Source: Myxococcota bacterium (GTDB lineage Bacteria > Myxococcota_A > UBA9160 > UBA4427). From it: a stretch of DNA of 64,000 nucleotides. Position 1 is the stretch's first letter, and each line of letters begins with the position of its first letter. Positions 36,736-45,754 of this stretch are shown piece by piece. Position numbers and translations under genes: made by a program. The stretch is taken from contig OZ252299.1 of the NCBI GenBank assembly GCA_965250285.1, forward strand, positions 6,112,001 to 6,176,000. The letters run 5' to 3'. The notes below the pieces were generated by a model. It did no database searches and had not been told where the DNA came from. It saw nothing but the letters and a program-made list of their open reading frames with translations.

Positions 36736-38606
36736 CCGCCGCAACCGCTCCGGCCCCCGTGCGCTCGGCCGCCGAGACCGGCGACTCGCCGGTTCGTCAC
36801 GCCCTGCGGCGGCTCTCGGTCTACCTCGTCCGCAACCAGCGCTACTACGCGCTCTGGGCGGTGACCGTGCTCGCCTACGTCGCCTGCTTCGTCGCGGCGC
36901 CGCTGCTGACGGGTTGGGCGATCGACGGGGCGGTCGATCCCGCGGTGACGGCGGCCGAAGTCGCCCGTCGCTGCGCCGCACTGTTCGCCGTGGCCGTATT
37001 GACCGGCGTGTTCCGCTTCTTCTCGAGAGCGCTCGTGTTCGATGCGGCGCGCGAGGTCGAGTACGAGCTGCGCAACGACCTCTTCGCCCACCTGCAGCGC
37101 CTGCCTCAGTCGTTCTACTTTCACTGGCGCACGGGCGACCTGATGAGCCGCTGCGTGAACGACCTGAACTCGGTTCGCATGTTGCTCGGTCCCGCGCTGC
37201 TCTCGGCCATGCAGACGCCGGTGCTGTTCACGGCCGTCATCGTCGCCATGTGCTCGATCAACGTGAAGCTCGGCGTCCTGGTGCTCGTGCCGTATCCGCT
37301 CTTCATCTTCATCGCGCGGGCTTTCGGGACGCAGATGCATGCGCGCAGCCTCGCGGCCCAGGTCGGTCTCGCCGATCTCTCGAATCAGGTGCAGGAGGCC
37401 GTCTCGGGGATCGGCGTCGTCAAGGCCTATGCGATGGAGGCCGAGCAGACGCGCCGCTTCGAGCGCGCGAACCAGAACGTGCTCGACCGCAACCTCGCGC
37501 TCGTCGTGATCAACGCGCTGATGCCCGCGATCACCGGTCTGCTGCCCGGCCTCGCCATGGCGATCGTGCTGCTGGTCGGCTTCGTCGAGTTCGAGGCCGG
37601 TCGCATCAGCGAAGGCGGCTTCTTCACCTTCGCGATGTACGTGTTCGCGCTGACGTTCCCCACGTTCATCCTCGGCTGGGTGTTCGGGTTGCTGCAGCGC
37701 GGTGCGGCCTCGATGCAGCGCATCGACGAGATCCTGTCGGTCGAGCCGGCGATTCGCGATCACGAAGAGGCGGCCGAGGTGACCGACCTCTCGGGCGAGA
37801 TCGAGTTCAAGGGGCTCACCTTCACCTATGACGGCGTCGAAGGGGATGGCACCCGCGAGGCGGCGCTCGCCGACGTGAGCCTGCACGTCGAAGCGGGCAG
37901 CAGCATCGGCATCGTCGGCCCGGTCGGGTCGGGCAAGACGACGCTCGCCTCGGTGATCCCGCGGCTGTTCGAGGTCGGCGATGGCGAGGTGTTCCTCGAC
38001 GGCGTCGACATCAATCGCATTCCGCTCGAGACGCTGCGCCGCAGCATCGCGATGGTGCCGCAGGATGCCTTCCTCTTCTCGATGAGCCTGGCTGACAACG
38101 TCGCGTACGGTCTGCCGCCCGGCGCGAGCGAGGCGCAGGTGCGCGAGGCCGCCGATCGAGCGCAGCTCACCAAGGACGTGACCGATCTGCCTCAGGGCTT
38201 CGAAACGCTCGTCGGTGAGCGTGGGGTGATGCTCTCGGGGGGGCAGCGGCAGCGTACGGCGCTGGCCCGGGCGCTCGCGCTGCGTCCGTCGATCCTGATC
38301 CTCGACGACACGTTGTCGGCCGTCGACGCCGAGACCGAGTCGGCGATTCAAGAGGGGCTCGCGGAGCTCTTCGATGGACGCACCGTCGTCGTCGTCGCGT
38401 CGCGCGTCAGCACGGTGCGCGACTGCGATCAGATCGTGGTGCTCGACGAGGGCCACATGGTCGAGCTCGGCAATCACGACCAGCTGATGGCGCGGGATGG
38501 ACTCTACGCACGGCTCGCGAGCGAGCAGGCCGAAGAAGAACGCCGCGAGCAGCGCGCCGCCCGCCGTGATGGCGGCCCCGGACTGGACGGGGGCTCGCCT
38601 TCATGA
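36732..38606 (+). CDS. ABC exporter subunit 1 (MdlA/YheI-like, degenerate NBD)
   Basis: 3' part of the 33999..38606 ORF from GTG 36732 (GTGA overlap); EYELRNDLFAHL, TGDLMSR, GPVGSGKTT, LSGGQ, ILDD, VASR. Confidence 0.9.
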   Translation: MTAATAPAPVRSAAETGDSPVRHALRRLSVYLVRNQRYYALWAVTVLAYVACFVAAPLLTGWAIDGAVDPAVTAAEVARRCAALFAVAVLTGVFRFFSRALVFDAAREVEYELRNDLFAHLQRLPQSFYFHWRTGDLMSRCVNDLNSVRMLLGPALLSAMQTPVLFTAVIVAMCSINVKLGVLVLVPYPLFIFIARAFGTQMHARSLAAQVGLADLSNQVQEAVSGIGVVKAYAMEAEQTRRFERANQNVLDRNLALVVINALMPAITGLLPGLAMAIVLLVGFVEFEAGRISEGGFFTFAMYVFALTFPTFILGWVFGLLQRGAASMQRIDEILSVEPAIRDHEEAAEVTDLSGEIEFKGLTFTYDGVEGDGTREAALADVSLHVEAGSSIGIVGPVGSGKTTLASVIPRLFEVGDGEVFLDGVDINRIPLETLRRSIAMVPQDAFLFSMSLADNVAYGLPPGASEAQVREAADRAQLTKDVTDLPQGFETLVGERGVMLSGGQRQRTALARALALRPSILILDDTLSAVDAETESAIQEGLAELFDGRTVVVVASRVSTVRDCDQIVVLDEGHMVELGNHDQLMARDGLYARLASEQAEEERREQRAARRDGGPGLDGGSPS

Positions 38607-40513
38607 GCAGCTACATCCAGGAAGAAGAGGCCCTCGGCAAGGTCTACGACAGTCGGCTCATCGGTCGACTCTGGCACTACATCGCGCCCTATCGCTGGCA
38701 GGTGGCGATCACGATCGGGATGGTGGCGCCGATGTTCGCGCTGGAGCTGGCGCCGGCATGGATCGTGAAGTCGGGCCTCGAACGCCTGCTCACGCCCGAG
38801 GCGGTCGAACCCGGCCGCCTCGACTGGCTCCTGCGGCCGCCGATGGAGCCGCCCTGGGGCATCTGGCTCGGCGTCTGGACGGCGCTGCTCTACATGGCCG
38901 TGTCGCTCACGAGCGCCGCCCTGCAGCTGCTGCACATGATCATCATGGCGCGCACGGGCCAGTCTGCGATGCGCGATTTGCGCAGCGACGTCTTCGCCAA
39001 GATCCAGTCGCTTCACATGGGCTTCTTCGACAGCTACCCGGTGGGGCGGTTGGTCACACGTACGACGAACGACGTCGAGAACATCGCCGAGATGTTCTCG
39101 GCCGGCATCGTCGCGCTGGTGACCGACGTCGTGAAGATGATCGGCTTCATGATCGCGCTGTATCTCGTCGATGCGACGCTGGCGCTGTGGACGTTCGCGG
39201 TCATTCCGTTCCTGGCCTTCGCGGCGATCGTGTTTCGGCTGAAGGTGCGCGAGGCGTTCCGGGCGGTGCGCGTCCGCATCGCGCGCATCAACACGAACAT
39301 CCAGGAAACGATCACCGGCATGAAGGTCGTGCAGCTCTTCACGCGCGAGGAGCGCAACCTGCGCGACTTCGACGAGATGAACGCCGACCACCGCGACGCC
39401 TGGAAGCAGTCGATCCGCTACGACGCGCTGCTCTTCGCCTGCGTCGAGATGGCGAGCGGCATCACGGTCGCGGTCATCATCTGGAAGGGCACCGGGCTCG
39501 CCGAGCCCGGCGTGCTCTACGTGTTCATCGACTGGATGCGACGCTTCTTCATGCCGCTGCGCGATCTGTCGGCCAAGTACTCGGTGATGCAGTCTTCGAT
39601 GGCGTCGGCCGAGCGCATCTTCCAGCTGATGGATACCGACGTCGCGATCGTCGATCCACCGGCCGATCGCGCCGTGTCGCGGGGCCCTGGCTCCGAGCCG
39701 ATCCCGGGCACCGTGGCCGTGGGTGCGACGGCCGCCGCGCCGGGGCGCGGCGCCGTGCGCTTCGAGAACGTCTGGTTTGCGTACCAGGGCGAAGAGTGGG
39801 TCTTGCGCGATCTCAGCTTCGAGGTCGCACCGGGCGAGAAGGTCGCGTTCGTCGGCGCGACGGGTGCCGGCAAGACGACGATCATCAATCTGCTCTCGCG
39901 CTTCTACGAAGTGACACGCGGGCGCATCACGATCGACGGCGTCGACATTCGCGACATGCCGCAGCGCGAGCTGCGGGGCCGAGTCGCGACCGTGCTGCAG
40001 GACGTCTTCATGTTCTCGGGCTCGATCCGCGACAACATCGCGCTCGGGCGCACCGATCTGGCCGACGCGGACGTCGAGCGAGCCGCCCGGGCCGCCGAAG
40101 CACATCGCTTCATCGAGCGGCTGCCCGAGGGATACGCGACCCAGGTGCGCGAACGCGGCAGCAACTTCTCGTCGGGGCAGCGCCAGCTGCTCTCGTTCGC
40201 GCGCGCCCTCGCGCACGGGGGTGACGTGCTGGTGCTCGACGAGGCGACCAGCTCGATCGATCGCGAGACCGAGGCGCTGATCCAGAAGGGGATCCACACC
40301 CTGATGGAAGGGAAGACGGCGCTCGCCATCGCGCATCGGCTGTCGACGATCCGCGACGTCGATCAGATCTACGTGCTCGACGGCGGCCAGCTCGCCGAGT
40401 CGGGCCATCACGAAGAGCTGATGGCGCGCGGGGGGCTCTACCGCACGCTCTACGAGCTGCAGGCCGAGACCGAGGGCGCCGCGAGCGCCGAGCCGCTGCC
40501 GGCGAGCGCCTGA
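38603..40513 (+). CDS. ABC exporter subunit 2 (MdlB/YheH-like)
   Basis: PVGRLVTRTTNDV, GATGAGKTT, FSSGQRQL, LDEATSSID, IAHRLST; ATGA overlap with subunit 1. Confidence 0.9.
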   Translation: MSSYIQEEEALGKVYDSRLIGRLWHYIAPYRWQVAITIGMVAPMFALELAPAWIVKSGLERLLTPEAVEPGRLDWLLRPPMEPPWGIWLGVWTALLYMAVSLTSAALQLLHMIIMARTGQSAMRDLRSDVFAKIQSLHMGFFDSYPVGRLVTRTTNDVENIAEMFSAGIVALVTDVVKMIGFMIALYLVDATLALWTFAVIPFLAFAAIVFRLKVREAFRAVRVRIARINTNIQETITGMKVVQLFTREERNLRDFDEMNADHRDAWKQSIRYDALLFACVEMASGITVAVIIWKGTGLAEPGVLYVFIDWMRRFFMPLRDLSAKYSVMQSSMASAERIFQLMDTDVAIVDPPADRAVSRGPGSEPIPGTVAVGATAAAPGRGAVRFENVWFAYQGEEWVLRDLSFEVAPGEKVAFVGATGAGKTTIINLLSRFYEVTRGRITIDGVDIRDMPQRELRGRVATVLQDVFMFSGSIRDNIALGRTDLADADVERAARAAEAHRFIERLPEGYATQVRERGSNFSSGQRQLLSFARALAHGGDVLVLDEATSSIDRETEALIQKGIHTLMEGKTALAIAHRLSTIRDVDQIYVLDGGQLAESGHHEELMARGGLYRTLYELQAETEGAASAEPLPASA

Positions 40514-40910
40514 GCGCGGCCCGACCCCGCCGGGCGCAGCCGCGCCGCACGGCCCGGGCGAGGGGAAAGACCCTCTCTGCGTGAGCGGGGTCACCTGCGA
40601 ACGCCGTCTCGCCGCAAGCCTGCGAGATCGAAGCCTTCTCGGCGCATTCGCGTTGCGGCCGCCCCCGCCGGAGTGGTACCAATTCGGCACCCCCTAACCG
40701 CGTTCGAGGCTTCCGGTGCGCCTCGATCTCGGTCCCCGTATTCGACGACCGGTTTCGAGCGAGTGGAGGCCCCCACACCGGGCCGACGGTCGCCCGAGCC
40801 AGCACAAGGCACCGGCGCCGACCCGCACAGATGGGGTGCGGTGCAGGCGGACGGGCCGCGCTCGAGCGTCATCGCGCGCGAGGGCGGGGCCCGAAACGGG
40901 GGGCGCCTCT

Positions 40911-43900
40911 TTGCGAATCAAGTCACTGCAGGTCCACGGCTTCAAGTCGTTCGTCGATCGAACCACGTTCTCGTTCAAGGACGGGGTGACGGCCGTCGTC
41001 GGCCCGAACGGCTGCGGCAAGTCGAACGTCGTCGACGCGATCCGCTGGGTGATGGGCGAGCAGTCGGCCCGTCGTCTGCGCGGTCGCGGCATGGACGATG
41101 TGATCTTTGCCGGCAGCGACAGCCGCCCGCCGATCGGCATGGCCGAGGTGCAGCTCACCTTCGACAACAGCGACGGCACCGCACCGGCCGCCTATGCGCC
41201 GTTCGCCGAGATCCAGATCACCCGCCGGCTGTACCGCTCGGGCGAGAGCGAGTACCTGATGAACAAGGCGCCCTCGCGCCTCAAGGACATCCAGGATTTC
41301 TTCCGCGACACCGGCATCGGCGCCAAGGGCTACACGATCGTCGAGCAGGGCAAGGTCGCCGAGATCGTGTCGGCCAAGGCCGACGAGCGCCGCATCCTCA
41401 TCGAAGAGGCGGCCGGCATCACCAAGTACAAGGCGCGGCGCCGCGAGGCCGAGGGCAAGCTCAAGAGCACCGAGCAGAACCTCAACCGCGTGACCGACGT
41501 GCTGCGTGAGATCAAGCGCCAGATCAACACGCTCGAGCGGCAGGCCAAGAAGGCCGCGCGCTACAAGCGCCTCAAGGAGACGCAGCGCATCCTCGAGCTG
41601 TCGCTCGCCCTCGACGAGCGAGCCGATCTGCTCGAGAGCGTGCAGGGCGCCCGCTCATCGCTCACCGAGCTCAAGGATGCCGTCAGCGCACTCACGACGC
41701 AGCTCGCCGAGCGCGAGCTCGCGATCGAGACCCAGCGCATCGGCCTCGTCGAAGCCGAGAAGGCGGTGGCGACCGGCAGCGAGCGGCTCTACGGCCTGCG
41801 CAGCGAAATCAAGAACCTCGAGGGCCGCATCGAGCTCGCTCGGCGCGAGACCGAGAGCCTCGACGAGAGCGACGCGGGACGCCGCAGTGAACTCGAGCGG
41901 CTGAACGAGCAGCTCGAAACGGCGCGCAGCGAGGCCGAGCAGGCCCGCGACGAGCTGGTTCAGATCGAAGACGCCGTCGCGCGGCAGGCCGAGACGCTGG
42001 CCGGCGCCGAGCGCGAGGCGAGCGACGCCCAGACGCGGCTCGCCGAAACCGAGCGCCAGCGAGACGCGAGCAGCGAGGCGCTCGTCAACGTGCTGACCCA
42101 GCTCGCGCGGCACGAGGATCGCATCGCCGCGCTCGCCGATCGCCGCGGCGAGATCGACCGCCGCATGCGAGACGCCGACCGCGAGGTCGAGCTGCAGCAG
42201 AACGCGACGACGACGGCCCAGGGTGAGCAGCGCGACCTCGAAGCCGGGCTGCGCAACCTGCTCGCCGAGCGCGACCGGCTGCAAGAGTCGCTCGTCGACT
42301 CGATGAACAAGCACACCCGCTCCATCGAAGTGGAGCGTGAGGCAGGCGAGGCCCTGCGCGAGAAGCGCGAGCGACTCGAGGCCCGACGTGCGCGGCTCGA
42401 CAGCCTGCGGGAGGTCGTGGAGCGCCGCGAGGACGTCAACGCGGCGACGCGGCATCTGCTCGAGCAGGGCGACGAAGCGCGCGAGCGCTTTGGCCTGCGC
42501 GGCCTCGTGCGCGATCTGCTCGACGTGCCGGCCGATGTCGAACGGGCCGTCGAGGCGGTGCTCGCCGAGCGCGCCGAGGCGATCGTCGTCGGCGACGGCT
42601 CGGGGGCCCTCCGCGCGCTCGATGCCCTGCGCGAGGCCGAAGCCGGCCGCGGCGTCTTCCTCGTTGCGGGCGCCGACGATCCCGTCGGGCTCGGCACGGT
42701 GCCCTTCGGCACCCCGCTGGCCGACCTCGTGCGGGCCACCGACGGCTTCGAGGCGACCGCGCGGTCGCTGCTCCACGACGTGTACCTGGTCGACAGCCTG
42801 GGCGACGTCTTCCGCCACTTCGGCCAGGGGCGCCTGCCGGCGACCTTCGTGACGCGGCTCGGCGATACCGTGACGCCCGACGGCGCGATTCGGGGTGGCG
42901 GCGAGGCCGCATCGAGCGGACTGATCTCGCGCGTGCGCGAGGTGCGAGAGCTCGAGGCCGAGGTCGATGGGCTCGAGATGGAGACCGCGCGCAGCGAAGC
43001 GGCGCACGCGACCGCGACGCGCGAGCTTCAGGCCGCCACCGACGAGCTCGACAACCTGCGCAATCGCCACCACACGTCGGCGCTGGCCGTTGCGAACCAC
43101 GAGAAGGATCTCGAACGGACGAGCGAACGGGTCAAGACACTGGGCGAGGCGCAGGAGCACCGCGTGGCCGAGCGCAGCGAGCTGCTCGCCGAGGCCGAGG
43201 CGATGGCCGAAGAGCAGGCCCGCATCGAGACCGCGCTCGAGGAGGCGCGACACGAGCGCACCGAGAAGCAGCGTGGGCTCGATTCGCTCGGGCTCCAGCT
43301 CGGCAGCCTGAACCGGGAGGCCGCGCGCCTCGGCGAGAAGGTGGCCGAGCTCAAGGTCGCGCACGAGTCGCGGGTCGAGAATCGCAACCGACTGCGTGAG
43401 GGGGCCGAACGCGCCGCCGCGACCGCTACCGATACCCAGACCTGGATCGAGCGCCGCGAGCGCGAGATCGAGCAGGCGGCCGAGCGCCGCCGCACGCTCG
43501 CCACCGAGGTCGAAGCGGCCGAAGCGTCGCTCGGTGAGAAGCTCGGCGCCGAAGAGACCGCGCGACTCGAGGCCGAGTCGCTGCGCGACGCCTACGAAGC
43601 GAAGGCCGTCGAGGTGCGCGAGGCCGAGGACGGGATGCGCGATCTGCGCTCACAGCTCTCCGGTCGCCAGGAGGCCGCATCGGGGGCCGAGCTGACGCTG
43701 CGCGAGAGCGAGATGCGCCTGACCCATCAGGTCGAGACGATCCGCGAGCGCTGGGACGTCGACCTCGCCTCGTGGGAGCTGCCGCCCCTCGAACCCGAAG
43801 AGGCGTCCGCCGGCGCGCCGGATCCGGCGGTCGACTCTTCGACGGAGGGTGAGACGCCCGTCGCAGGCGAGTCGACGACCGACGCAGGGGCCGAGGCCGA

Positions 43901-44684
43901 GGCCGCCGTCGCCGCGGCGCTGCGCAGCGACGGGGAAGGCGACGCCGCGGCCGAACCGGCCGAGGCCGGGCTCTTCGCCGACGATGCGGTCAATGTCGCG
44001 AAGGAGGCGCGCAAGAACGCCGAGCTGGCCCGGGCGCCGCGCGAAGAGCGCGAAGAGAAGCTCGAGGCGCTGCGCAAGAGCCTGCAGAGTCTCGGCGACG
44101 TGAATCTCGGCGCGATCGAAGAACACGAAGAGCTCGCCGAGCGCCACCGATTCCTCGACGAGCAGCAGCGTGATCTGCAGGAGACCATCGACTCGCTGCG
44201 CGAGGCGATCGCCCGCATCAACCGCACGAGTCGCCGCCGGTTTCGTGAGACGTTCGAGGCTGTGTCGAAGCGCTTCGCCGAGAACTTCCCGAGGCTCTTC
44301 GGCGGCGGCAAGGCCAGCCTCGAGCTCACTGAAGCCGAGGACGTGCTCGAAGCGGGGATCGAGATCATGGCGCAGCCGCCCGGCAAGCGGCTGCAGAACG
44401 TGAACCTCCTCTCGGGCGGTGAGAAGACGATGACCGCGCTCGCACTGCTGGTCGCGGTGTTCCAGGTGCGCCCCTCGCCGTTCTTCCTGCTCGACGAGGT
44501 CGATGCAGCGCTCGACGACGCGAACGTCGGGCGCTTCAACCAGCTGATCACCGAGATGGCCTCTCACTCGCAGTTCCTGGTCATCACGCACAACAAGCGC
44601 ACGATCGAGGTCGCCGACGTGCTCTACGGCGTGACGATGGAGCAGAAGGGCGTCTCGAAGCTGGTCAGCGTGGAGCTGACCTGA
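40911..44684 (+). CDS. smc: Chromosome segregation protein SMC
   Basis: GFKSF, VVGPNGCGKSNVVDAIRWV, coiled coils and hinge, LSGGEK, LDEVDAALD, ITH; TTG start at 40911. Confidence 0.95.
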   Translation: MRIKSLQVHGFKSFVDRTTFSFKDGVTAVVGPNGCGKSNVVDAIRWVMGEQSARRLRGRGMDDVIFAGSDSRPPIGMAEVQLTFDNSDGTAPAAYAPFAEIQITRRLYRSGESEYLMNKAPSRLKDIQDFFRDTGIGAKGYTIVEQGKVAEIVSAKADERRILIEEAAGITKYKARRREAEGKLKSTEQNLNRVTDVLREIKRQINTLERQAKKAARYKRLKETQRILELSLALDERADLLESVQGARSSLTELKDAVSALTTQLAERELAIETQRIGLVEAEKAVATGSERLYGLRSEIKNLEGRIELARRETESLDESDAGRRSELERLNEQLETARSEAEQARDELVQIEDAVARQAETLAGAEREASDAQTRLAETERQRDASSEALVNVLTQLARHEDRIAALADRRGEIDRRMRDADREVELQQNATTTAQGEQRDLEAGLRNLLAERDRLQESLVDSMNKHTRSIEVEREAGEALREKRERLEARRARLDSLREVVERREDVNAATRHLLEQGDEARERFGLRGLVRDLLDVPADVERAVEAVLAERAEAIVVGDGSGALRALDALREAEAGRGVFLVAGADDPVGLGTVPFGTPLADLVRATDGFEATARSLLHDVYLVDSLGDVFRHFGQGRLPATFVTRLGDTVTPDGAIRGGGEAASSGLISRVREVRELEAEVDGLEMETARSEAAHATATRELQAATDELDNLRNRHHTSALAVANHEKDLERTSERVKTLGEAQEHRVAERSELLAEAEAMAEEQARIETALEEARHERTEKQRGLDSLGLQLGSLNREAARLGEKVAELKVAHESRVENRNRLREGAERAAATATDTQTWIERREREIEQAAERRRTLATEVEAAEASLGEKLGAEETARLEAESLRDAYEAKAVEVREAEDGMRDLRSQLSGRQEAASGAELTLRESEMRLTHQVETIRERWDVDLASWELPPLEPEEASAGAPDPAVDSSTEGETPVAGESTTDAGAEAEAAVAAALRSDGEGDAAAEPAEAGLFADDAVNVAKEARKNAELARAPREEREEKLEALRKSLQSLGDVNLGAIEEHEELAERHRFLDEQQRDLQETIDSLREAIARINRTSRRRFRETFEAVSKRFAENFPRLFGGGKASLELTEAEDVLEAGIEIMAQPPGKRLQNVNLLSGGEKTMTALALLVAVFQVRPSPFFLLDEVDAALDDANVGRFNQLITEMASHSQFLVITHNKRTIEVADVLYGVTMEQKGVSKLVSVELT

Positions 44685-44736
44685 CGCGTGCGCGCATCGA
44701 GCGGCTGCCCGGCGCTCGATACCGCTGCAAGAACCC

Positions 44737-44781
44737 GACGGCGCCACCGGTGAGCTGCACCGGTGGCGCCGTCTTTCGTTT
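44737..44781 (+). terminator. Rho-independent terminator after smc
   Basis: Perfect 16-bp stem GACGGCGCCACCGGTG / CACCGGTGGCGCCGTC, 5-nt loop, followed by TTTCGTTT. Confidence 0.85.
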
Positions 44782-44840
44782 CGCGGGGCGTCGATGGGTG
44801 TGGATCCCCGATCGGTCGATCGGTCACACTCACAGCAGGA

Positions 44841-44926
44841 GGCCCCGCCATGAGTGAGCCCACCGTCGCCCGAGCAGAAGGCCCCGCCATGAGTGAGCCC
44901 ACCGTCGCCCGAGCCGAAGGCCCCGC
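44841..44926 (+). repeat. 39-bp tandem duplication of the start region of the Coq4-like gene
   Basis: GGCCCCGCCATGAGTGAGCCCACCGTCGCCCGAGC(A/C)GAA at 44841 and 44880, plus a partial third copy. Confidence 0.9.
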
Positions 44927-45680
44927 GGCCTCGAGACCGCTGCGTCGCGAGTGGGCGCACGGCTTGCGCTGTCTCGTTCGGTTCGCCACGACGCCGAGCG
45001 ATCTCGCCAACAGCTTCGAGGCAATGTTCGCGCTCGCGGGGCCGACCGTGCAGCACGAGTTCGACCGGTTCGCGCGGCACCCGGTCGGTCGTCGGCTGCT
45101 CGCCGAGCGCCCGCGCCCCGATCTCAATGCGATGCTGATGGACCGCGCCCGCCTCGCTGCGATGCCGCAAGGCAGCTTCGCCCACGCGTACCTCGACTAT
45201 CTCGGCGGCGAAGAGATGGGGTCGGCGGACTACTTCCTCGAGGCAGCCGACATCGACGAGAAGGGCACCCGCTTCGGCTGGACCGAGGATCAGATCTGGT
45301 TCGTGAAGCGGATGGCCAATAGTCACGACCTCTTTCACGTCGTCTCGGGCTACGACCGCGACGTGACGGGGGAGGTCGGCGTGATCGCGTTCACCGCCGG
45401 TCAGGTCCCCCTGCTGCCGCTTCGGCTCCTCCTCGTGTGGCTCGCCGTGCTGAAGCCGAGCGAGCCGGTGAGCTGGCTGCGATTCGTTCGCGCGGCCTAT
45501 CGCCACGGGCGGGCGACACCCTCGCTCGCGTGCGTCGACTACGAGGCGCTGCTCCCGCTGCCGCTCGCCGAAGCGCGGCGCCAGATCGGTGTGCCCGAGC
45601 TCGACGAGGTGCACCCGGGCGGCATTCCGCGCAAGGGCGGTCTGCTCCACGAGATCGAACGGCGGGTGGCGCTGGTCTAG
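44850..45680 (+). CDS. Coq4-family protein
   Basis: LAAMPQGSFAHAYLDYL and SHDLFHVVSGY..DVTGE (HDxxH...E motif); ATG 44850 after AGGAGG, alternative ATG 44889. Confidence 0.8.
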   Translation: MSEPTVARAEGPAMSEPTVARAEGPAASRPLRREWAHGLRCLVRFATTPSDLANSFEAMFALAGPTVQHEFDRFARHPVGRRLLAERPRPDLNAMLMDRARLAAMPQGSFAHAYLDYLGGEEMGSADYFLEAADIDEKGTRFGWTEDQIWFVKRMANSHDLFHVVSGYDRDVTGEVGVIAFTAGQVPLLPLRLLLVWLAVLKPSEPVSWLRFVRAAYRHGRATPSLACVDYEALLPLPLAEARRQIGVPELDEVHPGGIPRKGGLLHEIERRVALV

Positions 45681-45754
45681 CCCGCGGGTTCCGGCCCGCT
45701 TCGTTCGCACGCTCGCTCTCGCGCCGGCGGCGGCGCTGGTATGATCCGCGCCCC

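Noticed and set aside
40514..40910. SRP RNA, 6S RNA, RNase P RNA or tmRNA near smc/ftsY
   Set aside because: I could not find their diagnostic conserved motifs on either strand; kept only as a low-confidence structured spacer.
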